This document shows positions 29,984-38,828 of a DNA stretch of 64,000 nt, in pieces. Made by a program: the position numbers and the translations under genes. Below the pieces are notes generated by a model. That model was not told the DNA's origin and did not search any database. It saw nothing but the letters and a program-made list of their open reading frames with translations. This DNA comes from Thermoanaerobaculia bacterium (GTDB lineage Bacteria; Acidobacteriota; Thermoanaerobaculia; Multivoradales; Multivoraceae): assembly GCA_965214805.1 (NCBI GenBank), contig OZ243982.1, positions 2,915,253 to 2,979,252 of the forward strand. Reading direction: 5' to 3'. The stretch's first letter is position 1. Every line of letters starts with the position of its first letter.

Positions 29984-31135
29984 ATGCCGGCTCGCAGCAT
30001 CGGATGGCTCGCCGAGCGTTGCAGACTGGCAGCAGGCCGGTTGTTTTCCATTGGACACTCATCTCGTTTCGGTCGTGTCCGCCGTCCGTGGACGGCAGGA
30101 GTGCTCGCAGTACTGCTTGGTGCAGGGTCTGCGGCTGCTTCAGACGAGATCCATGAGGGGACGTTCGAGGCCGAACGGATTTTCGAGACACTCGCGCTGA
30201 ACGGTGCGCATCGTCTGATATCCAGGGGCGACGGGTTCATGGTCCTGGACCGCATGAACCACCGTCTTCTGGAGCTGAGTGCCTCCGGTGATGTCGTACG
30301 CCAGTACGGTCGCGTGGATCAGGCGCCGGGTGAGATGCAGTTTCCGTTTGGCTACGCGATCGGCCCTTCTGGCACGATTCGAGTCGTGACCTCCTACGGT
30401 CTGTTCCTCGTGCACTCCTTTTCTCCGGACGGAGAGCTGCTGAAGACCATTCAGCAGGGAGCGACACTTGAGGAGGCGGAGATCTACAGGAGTTACTCGA
30501 TCGCGGCCGACTCTCGCGACCGGTTCTACCTGAACCAGCCGCGGCTGGGGTCAGTCCTCACGGTCTACTCGGCCGAAGGCGAGAAGCAGGCCGCAGTTGG
30601 CGATCTGCTGGTCCCGGAGGATGTTTTCCCTGATTGCGACCGGCACATCCGCTGTCGAGATCGCCGCTTTGCCACACGGATCAACCGGGTGGTCATGACC
30701 TCGGGCCAGGCAGACTCGATCGTGATGGCTTTCACGGCTGCTCCGATCGTACGCAAGTACTCGGCAAGCGGAGGCCTGGAGTTCGAGACACGGCTTCAGG
30801 GCGCCCTGGTCGACGAACTCGTCGAACTCGCCATGCAGGAACCCGAGGCCTGGGAGCCCCACGTCGCCGAGAGCCTGCAGACGGATGGCATCAGTGCACT
30901 TGCCATGCTCCAGGACGTGGCCGTGGAACCTCGGACAGGGTTGATCTACTGCCTGGTCGGAAGTCGTCAGTTGCATGTGCTTTCGCGAACCGGAGAGCTC
31001 GTGGCCACGCTTGCACAGGTCGAGGGAAGGCCGGGCGTTTCTTCTCTTTCGGTATCGGACGGCACGGCTTATCTGACGACGTTCCTGGCGACCTATCGCG
31101 CGACGCTGGACCGCTCGATCCTGGAGAACATCTGA
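29984..31135 (+). CDS. secreted beta-propeller protein (NHL-repeat-like)
   Basis: ATG 29984 with GGAGG 6 nt upstream. N-terminal signal-like VRRPWTAGVLAVLLGAGSAAASDE. Repeated blade-like units (GEMQFPFGYAIGPSGTIRVV.., FYLNQPRLGSVLTVYSAEGE.., GLIYCLVGSRQLHVLSRTGE..). GC is lower than the flanks. Confidence 0.65.
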   Translation: MPARSIGWLAERCRLAAGRLFSIGHSSRFGRVRRPWTAGVLAVLLGAGSAAASDEIHEGTFEAERIFETLALNGAHRLISRGDGFMVLDRMNHRLLELSASGDVVRQYGRVDQAPGEMQFPFGYAIGPSGTIRVVTSYGLFLVHSFSPDGELLKTIQQGATLEEAEIYRSYSIAADSRDRFYLNQPRLGSVLTVYSAEGEKQAAVGDLLVPEDVFPDCDRHIRCRDRRFATRINRVVMTSGQADSIVMAFTAAPIVRKYSASGGLEFETRLQGALVDELVELAMQEPEAWEPHVAESLQTDGISALAMLQDVAVEPRTGLIYCLVGSRQLHVLSRTGELVATLAQVEGRPGVSSLSVSDGTAYLTTFLATYRATLDRSILENI

Positions 31136-31284
31136 TGGTTGTCATGTTCATGAACGGCGTCGCCTCTGTACCGATTGCGTCGGGTGCTGATTGCGTCGCG
31201 ACGATCGGCGTGGCGTGCGGCGGTCAGAACTACTGCTGCGTGGCGGGTTCCGACTGGTGCATCGCCCGGGATTGCAGTCGTTGA
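31135..31284 (+). CDS. 49-aa six-cysteine peptide (candidate secreted/modified peptide)
   Basis: MVVMFMNGVASVPIASGADCVATIGVACGGQNYCCVAGSDWCIARDCSR. The ATG overlaps the propeller stop (TGATG), and GGAGA lies ~8 nt upstream. GC3 is about 75%. In the track it appears only as the tail of the artefactual ORF 30634..31284. Confidence 0.4.
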   Translation: MVVMFMNGVASVPIASGADCVATIGVACGGQNYCCVAGSDWCIARDCSR

Positions 31285-31313
31285 TCGGTCTTGCGCCCGT
31301 GGGGCCTTGAACG

Positions 31314-32609
31314 GTGGGTTCGTTGTGGTCGATCGCCCTGAAGCGATGCCGCCTGACCGTGCGCAGTGGCTGGTTTCTGGGGGCCTGGGCCGTTGGCGGC
31401 GTGATGGCCGTTGCCACGGTCTCGGTCTCCTGGCTGAACTACCAGGAACGGGTTTCGTTGTTCGAGGCCAGAGAGCTCGCTCGGGCGTTGGCGGTCGACG
31501 GGGCCCAGACCTGGCGCGGTGTGGAGCTGGGTGTGGAGCGACCGCCTGCTCCCTTGAGCCTGCTGAGTCGGGGCGTGGGGGAGGAACTGGGATCGAGCGC
31601 GACGGTCCGGGGGCGCTTCGGTCCGGTGGCGTACTCCAGGCGCGACGCGCCGGCGACGGACGAGGCCCGGCGGGGGAATCTCGATTTCTCGTGGGCGCTC
31701 GCTCTGGTCGTCGGGTTCACGTGCGTGTTCTCGGGTCACGCCGTGATCAACGGGGAGAAGCAGAAGGGCACTCTCAAGCAGCAGCTTGCGCGAGGCCTGC
31801 CGCGATCGAGCCTGTTGCTCGGTGAGTTCCTGGGAGGCCTGCTGACGGTCGCCGTGCCATGCGCGGTTCTCTTTCTCGGCTTCTCGACCTGGGCGGTTCT
31901 GGCCGGACCGGGACTCGCCGGAGAGGACTGGCCACGTGTCGGGCTCTGGTTCGTGCTGGTCGTCCTGTACGGGTGTTTCTGGCTGGCCGCTTCGCTTGCG
32001 TTGTCCGTCGTGTGCCGGGAGCCGGCCACGTCCCTGGTCGCGGGGGTGCTGGCGTGGGCAGTGTCTGCGGCGCTCTATCCGCAGTTGGCGGGGTGGGCTG
32101 CTGCCCGGGCGGCGCCGCCGGTGCCGGGGCAGTACGAACACCTGGCGGATACGAGGCCCGGTCTTTCCCCCGGAAGGGCAGGGGCCGAGCGGACATCGGA
32201 CGACGACCGCGAGCGGTCCCTGGCGCGCCGGAACGTGCGGTCGGCCGAGTATCGGTTGTACCGGCGGTTTGCAGCGCTTCTGCCGGTGACGGCGATGCTC
32301 GATGCCGGTCAGGTCCTGGCGGGCACCTCGCCCGCCGATCATGAGTGGTTTCTCCGTCACGTGGACGACGCGGAGCGGTCCTTCCGGGCGTGGCAGGCAG
32401 AGAAGCTCGAGCGCTACCCGGAACGGGAGTTCCGAGTGGACAGCCGCGTTCCGCTCGACATCGAAGGCCTGCCCGACCCGGTGTGGCAGGACGCCTCCTT
32501 GACCTGGTCGCTTCGTCAGGCGGGGCTGCCGTTAGCCGCACTCCTGTTCGGCGCCACCGGGCTCGTGCTCGTCGCGGGTGTCGGGTTCGAGAGGCTGGAC
32601 GTCCGCTGA
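31314..32609 (+). CDS. ABC-2-type transporter permease (large, DUF3526-like architecture)
   Basis: 431 aa. N-terminal TM, then GEKQKGTLKQQLARGLPRSSLLLGEFLGG (ABC-2 signature region), multiple TMs, a soluble segment and a terminal TM. Confidence 0.75.
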   Translation: MGSLWSIALKRCRLTVRSGWFLGAWAVGGVMAVATVSVSWLNYQERVSLFEARELARALAVDGAQTWRGVELGVERPPAPLSLLSRGVGEELGSSATVRGRFGPVAYSRRDAPATDEARRGNLDFSWALALVVGFTCVFSGHAVINGEKQKGTLKQQLARGLPRSSLLLGEFLGGLLTVAVPCAVLFLGFSTWAVLAGPGLAGEDWPRVGLWFVLVVLYGCFWLAASLALSVVCREPATSLVAGVLAWAVSAALYPQLAGWAAARAAPPVPGQYEHLADTRPGLSPGRAGAERTSDDDRERSLARRNVRSAEYRLYRRFAALLPVTAMLDAGQVLAGTSPADHEWFLRHVDDAERSFRAWQAEKLERYPEREFRVDSRVPLDIEGLPDPVWQDASLTWSLRQAGLPLAALLFGATGLVLVAGVGFERLDVR

Positions 32610-32624
32610 GCGGGCGGGGAATCC

Positions 32625-34082
32625 GTGCTCGGTCTTCTGATCCGTTGGGAGCTGGTACGGCACCTCCGGAACTACCGGCTCCTGGTGCTCCTCGTGGGCG
32701 GTCCGGTGCTGATGGCGGCCGCGGCATTGTCCCACGCCGCGGCCGTTCACGACCAGCGCGCCGCCAGACCCGGCCTGTCTCGGGCAGCGGAGAGTGCAAC
32801 GAACCTCGAACAGGCCGTCGTGCTGCGCCCGCCTTCACGGCTGGGGTTCCTCGGTGCGGCGCCTCGGGAACAGTGGGGAGAAGCCGCGGTGGTGCGCCCT
32901 CACCTCCAGGACGTCATGGAGGCGGACGTCTCGGAGCGCTCGTACCTCTTCGCGGCGGTACCTCTCGACTGGACGGCGGTCGTCATCTTCTTCTACAGCC
33001 TGATGGCGGTCGCCGTCAGCTACGACGCGGTGGCTGGAGAGCGGGCCGCCGGGACGCTGCGGGTCCTGGCCAGCCGACCGATCGGGCGGATGCCCCTGCT
33101 TCTGGGCAAGATCCTGGGCTGCTTCTTCGTGGTGGCCGGCTCCCTGGTCCTGGGCGCCCTGACCGGGACCCTGGTGGCGGTCGCGGTCTCGGGACAGGGC
33201 CTGGTCCTTTCCGACGCTGTCCTGTTGGCGCTCGCGGTGGCGCAGATCCTTGCCTTCCTGTTGGTCAACGTGCTGATCGGGATGGCCGCTTCGGTCACGG
33301 CGTCGACGCCGGAGCAGGCCCTGCAGCGAGGCCTGGGAGCGTGGACGGTTCTTGCTCTCGTGGTGCCGGGCCTCGTGGTCGTGACGGGCGCGGCGCTCTA
33401 CCCGGCGCCCTCCGAACTGGCCTTCCAGCGGAATCTCGCCATTCATGAACAGGGTTACAGAATGCGATTGGGCGTATCTTCCATGTCGGTCACCGAGATC
33501 GTGAGGACTCCGGGGATCTCCGTCGCCGAGAAGCACCGTCGTGTCGAGGCTCTGGAAGCGGAGATTCAGGCCGATCAGGAGGCCGCGCTCGCCGAGATGG
33601 AACGGGGCTACGCCGAGCTGCGGCGGGACCACCTTCTGCGGTCGGGGCTCCAGGAAGAATGGGCGGCTCGCTGGGGCGCCCTGTCGCCCCACACTCTTCT
33701 GCGCCGTTCCCTGAACCGGCTTGCGCTCGCCGGCTCGAGCGGACGCCGGGAGTTCCGGCGCCAGGTCGGGCAGTTCGAGCCGCTCTTCACCGCGTTCGTC
33801 CTGGAGCAGCGGCAGGTACACCGGGAAGATGCTCTGGAGAGCGGCCCCAGGACATACACGACCGATGACGACGGCGAGAAGTACGAACTCCGTGGTCTGT
33901 CCCGGATCGACTATTCGGAAGTACCGATTGCGGCTGACGACTTTCCCCGATTCACCTGGCGGCCTCCGGGCGCTGCCGCGCTTGCCGCTCGGACGCTTCC
34001 CGACCACTTGTGGATGCTTCTGTTCGTGGTAGCGGCGGGCGCCTTCACGCTCTGGCGGTTCCACGGATACGACTGCCGATGA
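32625..34082 (+). CDS. ABC-2-type transporter permease, second paralogue
   Basis: 485 aa. AGERAAGTLRVLASRPIGRMPLLLGKILG, a TM bundle, a ~200-aa soluble segment and a C-terminal TM. Confidence 0.75.
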   Translation: MLGLLIRWELVRHLRNYRLLVLLVGGPVLMAAAALSHAAAVHDQRAARPGLSRAAESATNLEQAVVLRPPSRLGFLGAAPREQWGEAAVVRPHLQDVMEADVSERSYLFAAVPLDWTAVVIFFYSLMAVAVSYDAVAGERAAGTLRVLASRPIGRMPLLLGKILGCFFVVAGSLVLGALTGTLVAVAVSGQGLVLSDAVLLALAVAQILAFLLVNVLIGMAASVTASTPEQALQRGLGAWTVLALVVPGLVVVTGAALYPAPSELAFQRNLAIHEQGYRMRLGVSSMSVTEIVRTPGISVAEKHRRVEALEAEIQADQEAALAEMERGYAELRRDHLLRSGLQEEWAARWGALSPHTLLRRSLNRLALAGSSGRREFRRQVGQFEPLFTAFVLEQRQVHREDALESGPRTYTTDDDGEKYELRGLSRIDYSEVPIAADDFPRFTWRPPGAAALAARTLPDHLWMLLFVVAAGAFTLWRFHGYDCR

Positions 34083-35626
34083 CGGGTGCCGGCAGAGGGA
34101 TTCTCGGAGCGGGACAGAGCGCCGCGATCCTGGGCGGCGTCGCCGTCGTCCTGTTGCTGGGCGCAGCCGAGGAATCACGCTCCCAGCCAGTCCCCAATGC
34201 GCCTGGTGCGCCAATCCGCAATGCGCAGGAACGGCGGCTGGAGTTCGCGGAGGCTCGCATCGGTCACGAGGACGCCGAGCGGCGGTTGGCGCGTGCGAGG
34301 GAGTTGCACGAGAACGGCCTCATCTCGGAAGCCGACCTCGACACGCACGAAACGAGCCTGCGTCTGGCGGAGGTCCAGATGAGGCGGGCCTGGACGAGGC
34401 TGGCCCTCGCCGATCCGGAGATCATCCTCCGCTCGGCGAAGAAGTTCCAGGGTGAAGACGGCGGCGTGCGGGTGGAACTCGATCTGATCGCCCGCTGGAC
34501 CCTGGGGCTCGAAACGAACGCTGCGAAGGTTGCTGACAGCGGCGTCGGCCAACCGCTGGACCTGCCGGTGATCGATGGCGTCTCGAACGTTGTCATCAGT
34601 CTGAAGACGACGCGGGGCTACCAGGAAGGGGTTCTGATCGATCCGACGATCGTCTCGGTGCCCTACGAGCAGCGCGTGCCGCTGATGCCGTTCGACGAGC
34701 CCGTGCCGGTGACCTTCGGTCTGCTGCTGCCCGACGTTCAGGAGGTGCTGGTCGAGTTGCGCTACAACGACGAGGTCCATCTTCGCCAGGTGCTGCTGGG
34801 CAAGGGCGTCGATGCCGGCGGAGGGCTGGTGATGCGCTCCGAACAGGTCACGCTCGATGTCGAACTGGGCCAGGAAGCCGCCTACGATCTCAGCCTGGAG
34901 CGGTTCGACGACCGGAGCGCCATCTACAGCGTGACAGCCGAGGGTCTGCCGCCGGAGATCTCCTTCAAGGCTTCGGATCCCGATTCCGGGGCGTCGTTCA
35001 GTCAGGTGTTCTTCCCGGAGCAGGTCATGGACCGGAAGCTGCGGCTGGCGTTGACGATGCCCGGTCGGCCCACCGAGGCGGTGCAGCCGGGACGGGCGAT
35101 CCGGTTCGCGGTCCGGCTCGATCCGGAAGACGCCGCGGGCGGCGCACGGGGATCCACGCCGGCGGGACGGCTGGAGCTGGCGGTCGTTCCCCGCGGAGTG
35201 GCGGAGCTCGAGGTGGAGGCCGCGAACCTGTACCACGAGGTGGCGCGCGGTGATTCCGTTCGTCTCGACGTCCGGGTCGTCAACTCGGGCAGCGGAAACC
35301 TGGAACAGGTCGAACTCAGGGTGGACGCGCCGTTCGAATGGTCCACGGAAGTGGCCCCGCAGCTCTTCCCGGCCCTCGAACCGGGGACGGAGGAAACGGC
35401 CGTGGTCGTTCTGTTTCCGCCGCCGGACATCGTCGTGGGCGACTACGAGGCGTCGATTCAGGCCGGAAGCCTGTCGGGCGACCAGCTCGTGGAGAGCGTC
35501 CCGAAGACCTTCCGCGTGCATGTTGCCGCGACCTCGAATCCGTGGCTCGTCGCCGTGCTCGCGACCGCTGTGGTCGGGGCAGTGGCCGGCGTGACCTGGG
35601 CTGGATTGAGACTGAGCAGACGCTGA
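34079..35626 (+). CDS. membrane-anchored extracytoplasmic protein with a NEW3/CARDB-like Ig-fold domain
   Basis: The ATG overlaps the permease stop (ATGA). N-terminal hydrophobic segment and a coiled-coil-like stretch. VVNSGSGNLEQVELRVDAPFEWS...LEPGTEETAVVVLFPPPDIVVGDYEASIQA is typical of NEW3/CARDB domains. C-terminal TM is NPWLVAVLATAVVGAVAGV. Confidence 0.6.
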   Translation: MTGAGRGILGAGQSAAILGGVAVVLLLGAAEESRSQPVPNAPGAPIRNAQERRLEFAEARIGHEDAERRLARARELHENGLISEADLDTHETSLRLAEVQMRRAWTRLALADPEIILRSAKKFQGEDGGVRVELDLIARWTLGLETNAAKVADSGVGQPLDLPVIDGVSNVVISLKTTRGYQEGVLIDPTIVSVPYEQRVPLMPFDEPVPVTFGLLLPDVQEVLVELRYNDEVHLRQVLLGKGVDAGGGLVMRSEQVTLDVELGQEAAYDLSLERFDDRSAIYSVTAEGLPPEISFKASDPDSGASFSQVFFPEQVMDRKLRLALTMPGRPTEAVQPGRAIRFAVRLDPEDAAGGARGSTPAGRLELAVVPRGVAELEVEAANLYHEVARGDSVRLDVRVVNSGSGNLEQVELRVDAPFEWSTEVAPQLFPALEPGTEETAVVVLFPPPDIVVGDYEASIQAGSLSGDQLVESVPKTFRVHVAATSNPWLVAVLATAVVGAVAGVTWAGLRLSRR

Positions 35627-35715
35627 ACGGCAATGGTCGGGAGCGTCGGCTGAACCAGGATCCGGAGAGAGCAAGGCAGGTGGAGAAGTTGAAGCAGGAA
35701 ACGCAGAGCGAGGCG

Positions 35716-36426
35716 ATGATCGAGGCGGTCGACCTTCGCATGGTGTTCGGGGACGGCACGAAGGCGCTCGACGGGGTGAGCTTCGAGGTTCTCCGAGGCG
35801 AGATCTTCGGACTTCTCGGCCCGAACGGCGCTGGCAAGACGACGACGATCAACCTGTTTCTCGACCTCATTCAGCCGACCGGCGGCAAGGCTCTGATCAA
35901 GGGAATCGAGGTCGCCCGCGAACCGCGCCGGGCGAAGAGCTGCGTGGAGCTCATCCCCGAGAATGTTGCGCTCTATCCCACCCTGACGGCGATGGAGAAC
36001 GTGGAGTTCCTTGGCGCCGTCGGCCTCGGGCGGGGGCCGGAACGCGACCGCATCCGGCAGGCGCTGTTGCGGGTCGGCCTGCCGGAGGAGGTCCACGACC
36101 GGCGCGTGGCCACGTTCTCCAAGGGAATGCGGCAGAAGACCGGTCTTGCCGTCGCCCTCCTCCGGCAGGCCCCGGTGGTGCTGCTGGACGAGCCGACGTC
36201 GGGCCTGGATCCCGCTGCCGCCGCCGACCTGGTCGAGCTGCTCGATCAGCTTCGGAGCGACGGGGCGGCGATCCTCCTGTGTACGCACGACATCTTCCGG
36301 GCGCAGCAGCTCTGCGACCGAATCGGCATCATGCGCCAGGGTAGGATGCAGTCCATCCTGGATCGCAAGGTACTCGACGAGAGCGATCTGGAGCAGGTCT
36401 ATCTGGAGACGATGGTCCAGGTCTGA
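35716..36426 (+). CDS. ABC transporter ATP-binding protein
   Basis: Walker A GPNGAGKTT, signature FSKGMRQK, Walker B VLLDEPTSGLD, H-loop CTHD. Confidence 0.9.
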   Translation: MIEAVDLRMVFGDGTKALDGVSFEVLRGEIFGLLGPNGAGKTTTINLFLDLIQPTGGKALIKGIEVAREPRRAKSCVELIPENVALYPTLTAMENVEFLGAVGLGRGPERDRIRQALLRVGLPEEVHDRRVATFSKGMRQKTGLAVALLRQAPVVLLDEPTSGLDPAAAADLVELLDQLRSDGAAILLCTHDIFRAQQLCDRIGIMRQGRMQSILDRKVLDESDLEQVYLETMVQV

Positions 36427-36528
36427 ACCGACAGGCCCGCGGCCGAAGTCGAGCTGCATGCGAGCGGCGATGCATCACGTCCAACGTCGTTGCTCTTCGG
36501 TCGAGCATGGCCCCGGATGCGCTCCCTC

Positions 36529-36560
36529 ATCGTGCCTTGTTGGAATCGTGCCTTGTTGAC
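36529..36560 (+). repeat. 2 x 16-bp tandem repeat (ATCGTGCCTTGTTGGA / ATCGTGCCTTGTTGAC)
   Basis: Read directly. It lies in the 310-bp gap between the ABC ATPase and cinA. Confidence 0.9.
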
Positions 36561-36735
36561 ACGCACCCCGCCGCTCTCCCTGCGACCCGGACTTCTGCCG
36601 CGGCCTGCTGGATCGGAGCCGTTACGAATCCCGCCACTCCCGCGCCGTTCTGCTCCCGCCGGCCGCGCCGTTCCCGTTGTCGGCGACTGCGACCTGGCTG
36701 ATCCGTAGGGCGGTCATGTCGCTACACTGCGCCGC

Positions 36736-38097
36736 GTGAGGGCTTCGATTCTCGCGGTCGGCGATGAGTTGCTCGGAACGGACCGGATCGACACGAACTC
36801 GCTGGCGCTGACTGAGGTGCTGAGGCGGCGTGGAGTGGAGCTGGTCTCGAAGGCGGTCGTCGGCGACGACGTAGCCTTGATCGCGGAGACCCTGGATGCG
36901 CTTCGGGAGCGGGCGGATCTGCTGCTGGTGACCGGCGGCCTGGGCCCGACGCGGGACGATCTCACACGGGAGGGCCTGGCTCGGCTGCTGGGGCGGTCCG
37001 TCGCGGTGGACGAAGCGTTGTGGGACCGGATCGAGCGCGGGTTCCGCAAGCTCGGGCGGCGTATCCCGCAGGTCAACCGCAAGCAGGCGGCGCGGGTCGA
37101 CGGGGCCGAGATGCTGCCGAATCGCGCCGGCGTGGCGCCCGGCCAGCGGATCGAGGATGCGGCGCCCGTGCCCCGAGGCACGACGTACTTCCTGTTCCCC
37201 GGCGTGCCGCGGGAGTTGAAGGCCCTGATTGCGGACGCCCTGGATCCGTGGCTGGCGGTCCGGGCGGAGGACGGCGGGGGCTTCGATCAGGTGGAGGTGA
37301 GGGTCTCCTGCCTGCCGGAGTCTGTCGTCGAAGAACGGATCGCGCCGGTGTACGAGCGCTTCGGTGACCAGGACGTGTCCATACTGGCGCGGCCGGGCGA
37401 GATCCGGCTGCGGTTGCGGGCCGGCGGTCCTGTCACGGCTCGGGCGCCGCGGCTGGCCGAGATGGAAGCGGCGGTCCGCAAGGCGCTGGGCGATGCGGTC
37501 TTCTACGTCGGTGCGGTCGAGGACGGCATCGAGTTCGAGGCTGCGGTCGGCGGCCTGCTGGCGGAACGCGGCGAGACGGTAGCGGTCGCCGAGTCGTGCA
37601 CGGGCGGCCTGCTCGGCCAGCGGTTGACCGCGGTCGCGGGCAGCAGTGCCTACTTCGTGGGCGGCCTTCTGACCTACTCGAACGAACTGAAGATGCGCCT
37701 GCTGGGCGTGCCGCGGGAGACCCTGGCGAAGCACGGCGCGGTATCGAAGCCGACAGCCCTGGCGATGGCGGCAGGTGCGCGGGAACGCTGCGGCAGCGAT
37801 TACGGAATCGGGATCACGGGTGTCGCGGGTCCGGACGGCGGCACGAGGCTGCGGCCGGTGGGGACCGTGCACATCGCGGTCCGCGGACCGGCAGGCACTG
37901 CTGATGCCCGCCCGTTCATGGACGACCCCCCTGGCGTCTGTTCGCACTTCGAGGCGCGCTTTCCCGGGGACCGGGCGCGGGTGCGCCAGCTTTCGACCCA
38001 GTTCGCGCTCGAGTTGCTGCGGCGGATGCTGCTGCCGGACGAGACCGAGCGAAGCGTGTTGCCCTGGTCGGCCTCGCCCGGGGAGGGGGCGCCGTGA
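36736..38097 (+). CDS. cinA: CinA-family competence/damage-inducible protein (MoCF-binding plus NMN deamidase domains)
   Basis: ILAVGDELL...LLLVTGGLGPTRDDLTRE and C-terminal AVAESCTGGLL...GITGVAGP. Confidence 0.85.
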   Translation: MRASILAVGDELLGTDRIDTNSLALTEVLRRRGVELVSKAVVGDDVALIAETLDALRERADLLLVTGGLGPTRDDLTREGLARLLGRSVAVDEALWDRIERGFRKLGRRIPQVNRKQAARVDGAEMLPNRAGVAPGQRIEDAAPVPRGTTYFLFPGVPRELKALIADALDPWLAVRAEDGGGFDQVEVRVSCLPESVVEERIAPVYERFGDQDVSILARPGEIRLRLRAGGPVTARAPRLAEMEAAVRKALGDAVFYVGAVEDGIEFEAAVGGLLAERGETVAVAESCTGGLLGQRLTAVAGSSAYFVGGLLTYSNELKMRLLGVPRETLAKHGAVSKPTALAMAAGARERCGSDYGIGITGVAGPDGGTRLRPVGTVHIAVRGPAGTADARPFMDDPPGVCSHFEARFPGDRARVRQLSTQFALELLRRMLLPDETERSVLPWSASPGEGAP

Positions 38098-38828
38098 CCG
38101 CGAACGGCCTCATCGCCGTCCTGCTGGCGTACGTCCTGGGGTCCGTGCCGTTCAGCTACCTGATCGTGCGGATCCACCGGGGCATCGACGTGCGCACGAT
38201 CGGCAGCCGAAGCGCCGGCGCCACGAACGTGCTGCGGGCGTCGGGCAAGTGGGCGGCCCTGCTCGCACTGCTGCTCGACGTCGCCAAGGGCGCGACTGCG
38301 GTCGTGGCGGCGCGTGCGCTCGAGGTCGGGAGCTGGTGGCTCGCGGCTGCGGCAGCGGCTGCCGTGGCCGGGCACGTGTTTCCGCTCTTTCTCGCCTTTC
38401 GCGGCGGCAAGGGCGTCGCCACCGCTGCCGGCGTGCTGGCGCTGCTCGCGCCCTGGGCCGGACTTGGCGCTCTCGCCGTGTTCGTCCTGCTGGTGGCCTG
38501 GAAGCGCTACGTATCCCTGGGGTCGATCTCGGCAGCCGTTGCGCTGCCGTTGCTGGTCGGAGCGCAGTGGTTCGGCGGCGCCTTCCGGGATGCGGAGGGT
38601 CCGGATCACGGACCGGCGCTGCTGGCTGGCGTGTTCGCGATCGCTGTCCTGGTGATCGCGAGACACCGGAGCAACCTGGTCCGCTTGCGCGCCGGCACGG
38701 AGTCCCGGCTGGGGCAGAGGCCGCCGGCCTCGGGAGCTTCCGAAGCACCCGCAGCTTCCGAAGCACCCGAAGCGCCTGCGGCTGGCGCGGCGCCCACGGC
38801 CGCCGAGATCGCGGAGGCCGCCGAGTGA
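38094..38828 (+). CDS. plsY: glycerol-3-phosphate acyltransferase PlsY
   Basis: YVLGSVPFSYLI...GSRSAGATNVLR...GGKGVATAAG. The C-terminal tail contains an 18-bp tandem repeat. Confidence 0.9.
   Translation: MTANGLIAVLLAYVLGSVPFSYLIVRIHRGIDVRTIGSRSAGATNVLRASGKWAALLALLLDVAKGATAVVAARALEVGSWWLAAAAAAAVAGHVFPLFLAFRGGKGVATAAGVLALLAPWAGLGALAVFVLLVAWKRYVSLGSISAAVALPLLVGAQWFGGAFRDAEGPDHGPALLAGVFAIAVLVIARHRSNLVRLRAGTESRLGQRPPASGASEAPAASEAPEAPAAGAAPTAAEIAEAAE

Noticed and set aside
30634-31134. First 167 codons of ORF 30634..31284
   Set aside because: This part is out of frame within the propeller gene and has shadow composition. Only the last 49 codons, after the propeller stop and with their own SD/ATG, are considered a candidate gene.
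36622-37947. 441-aa minus-strand ORF
   Set aside because: It is antisense to cinA, which has clear MoCF-binding and CinA C-terminal motifs.
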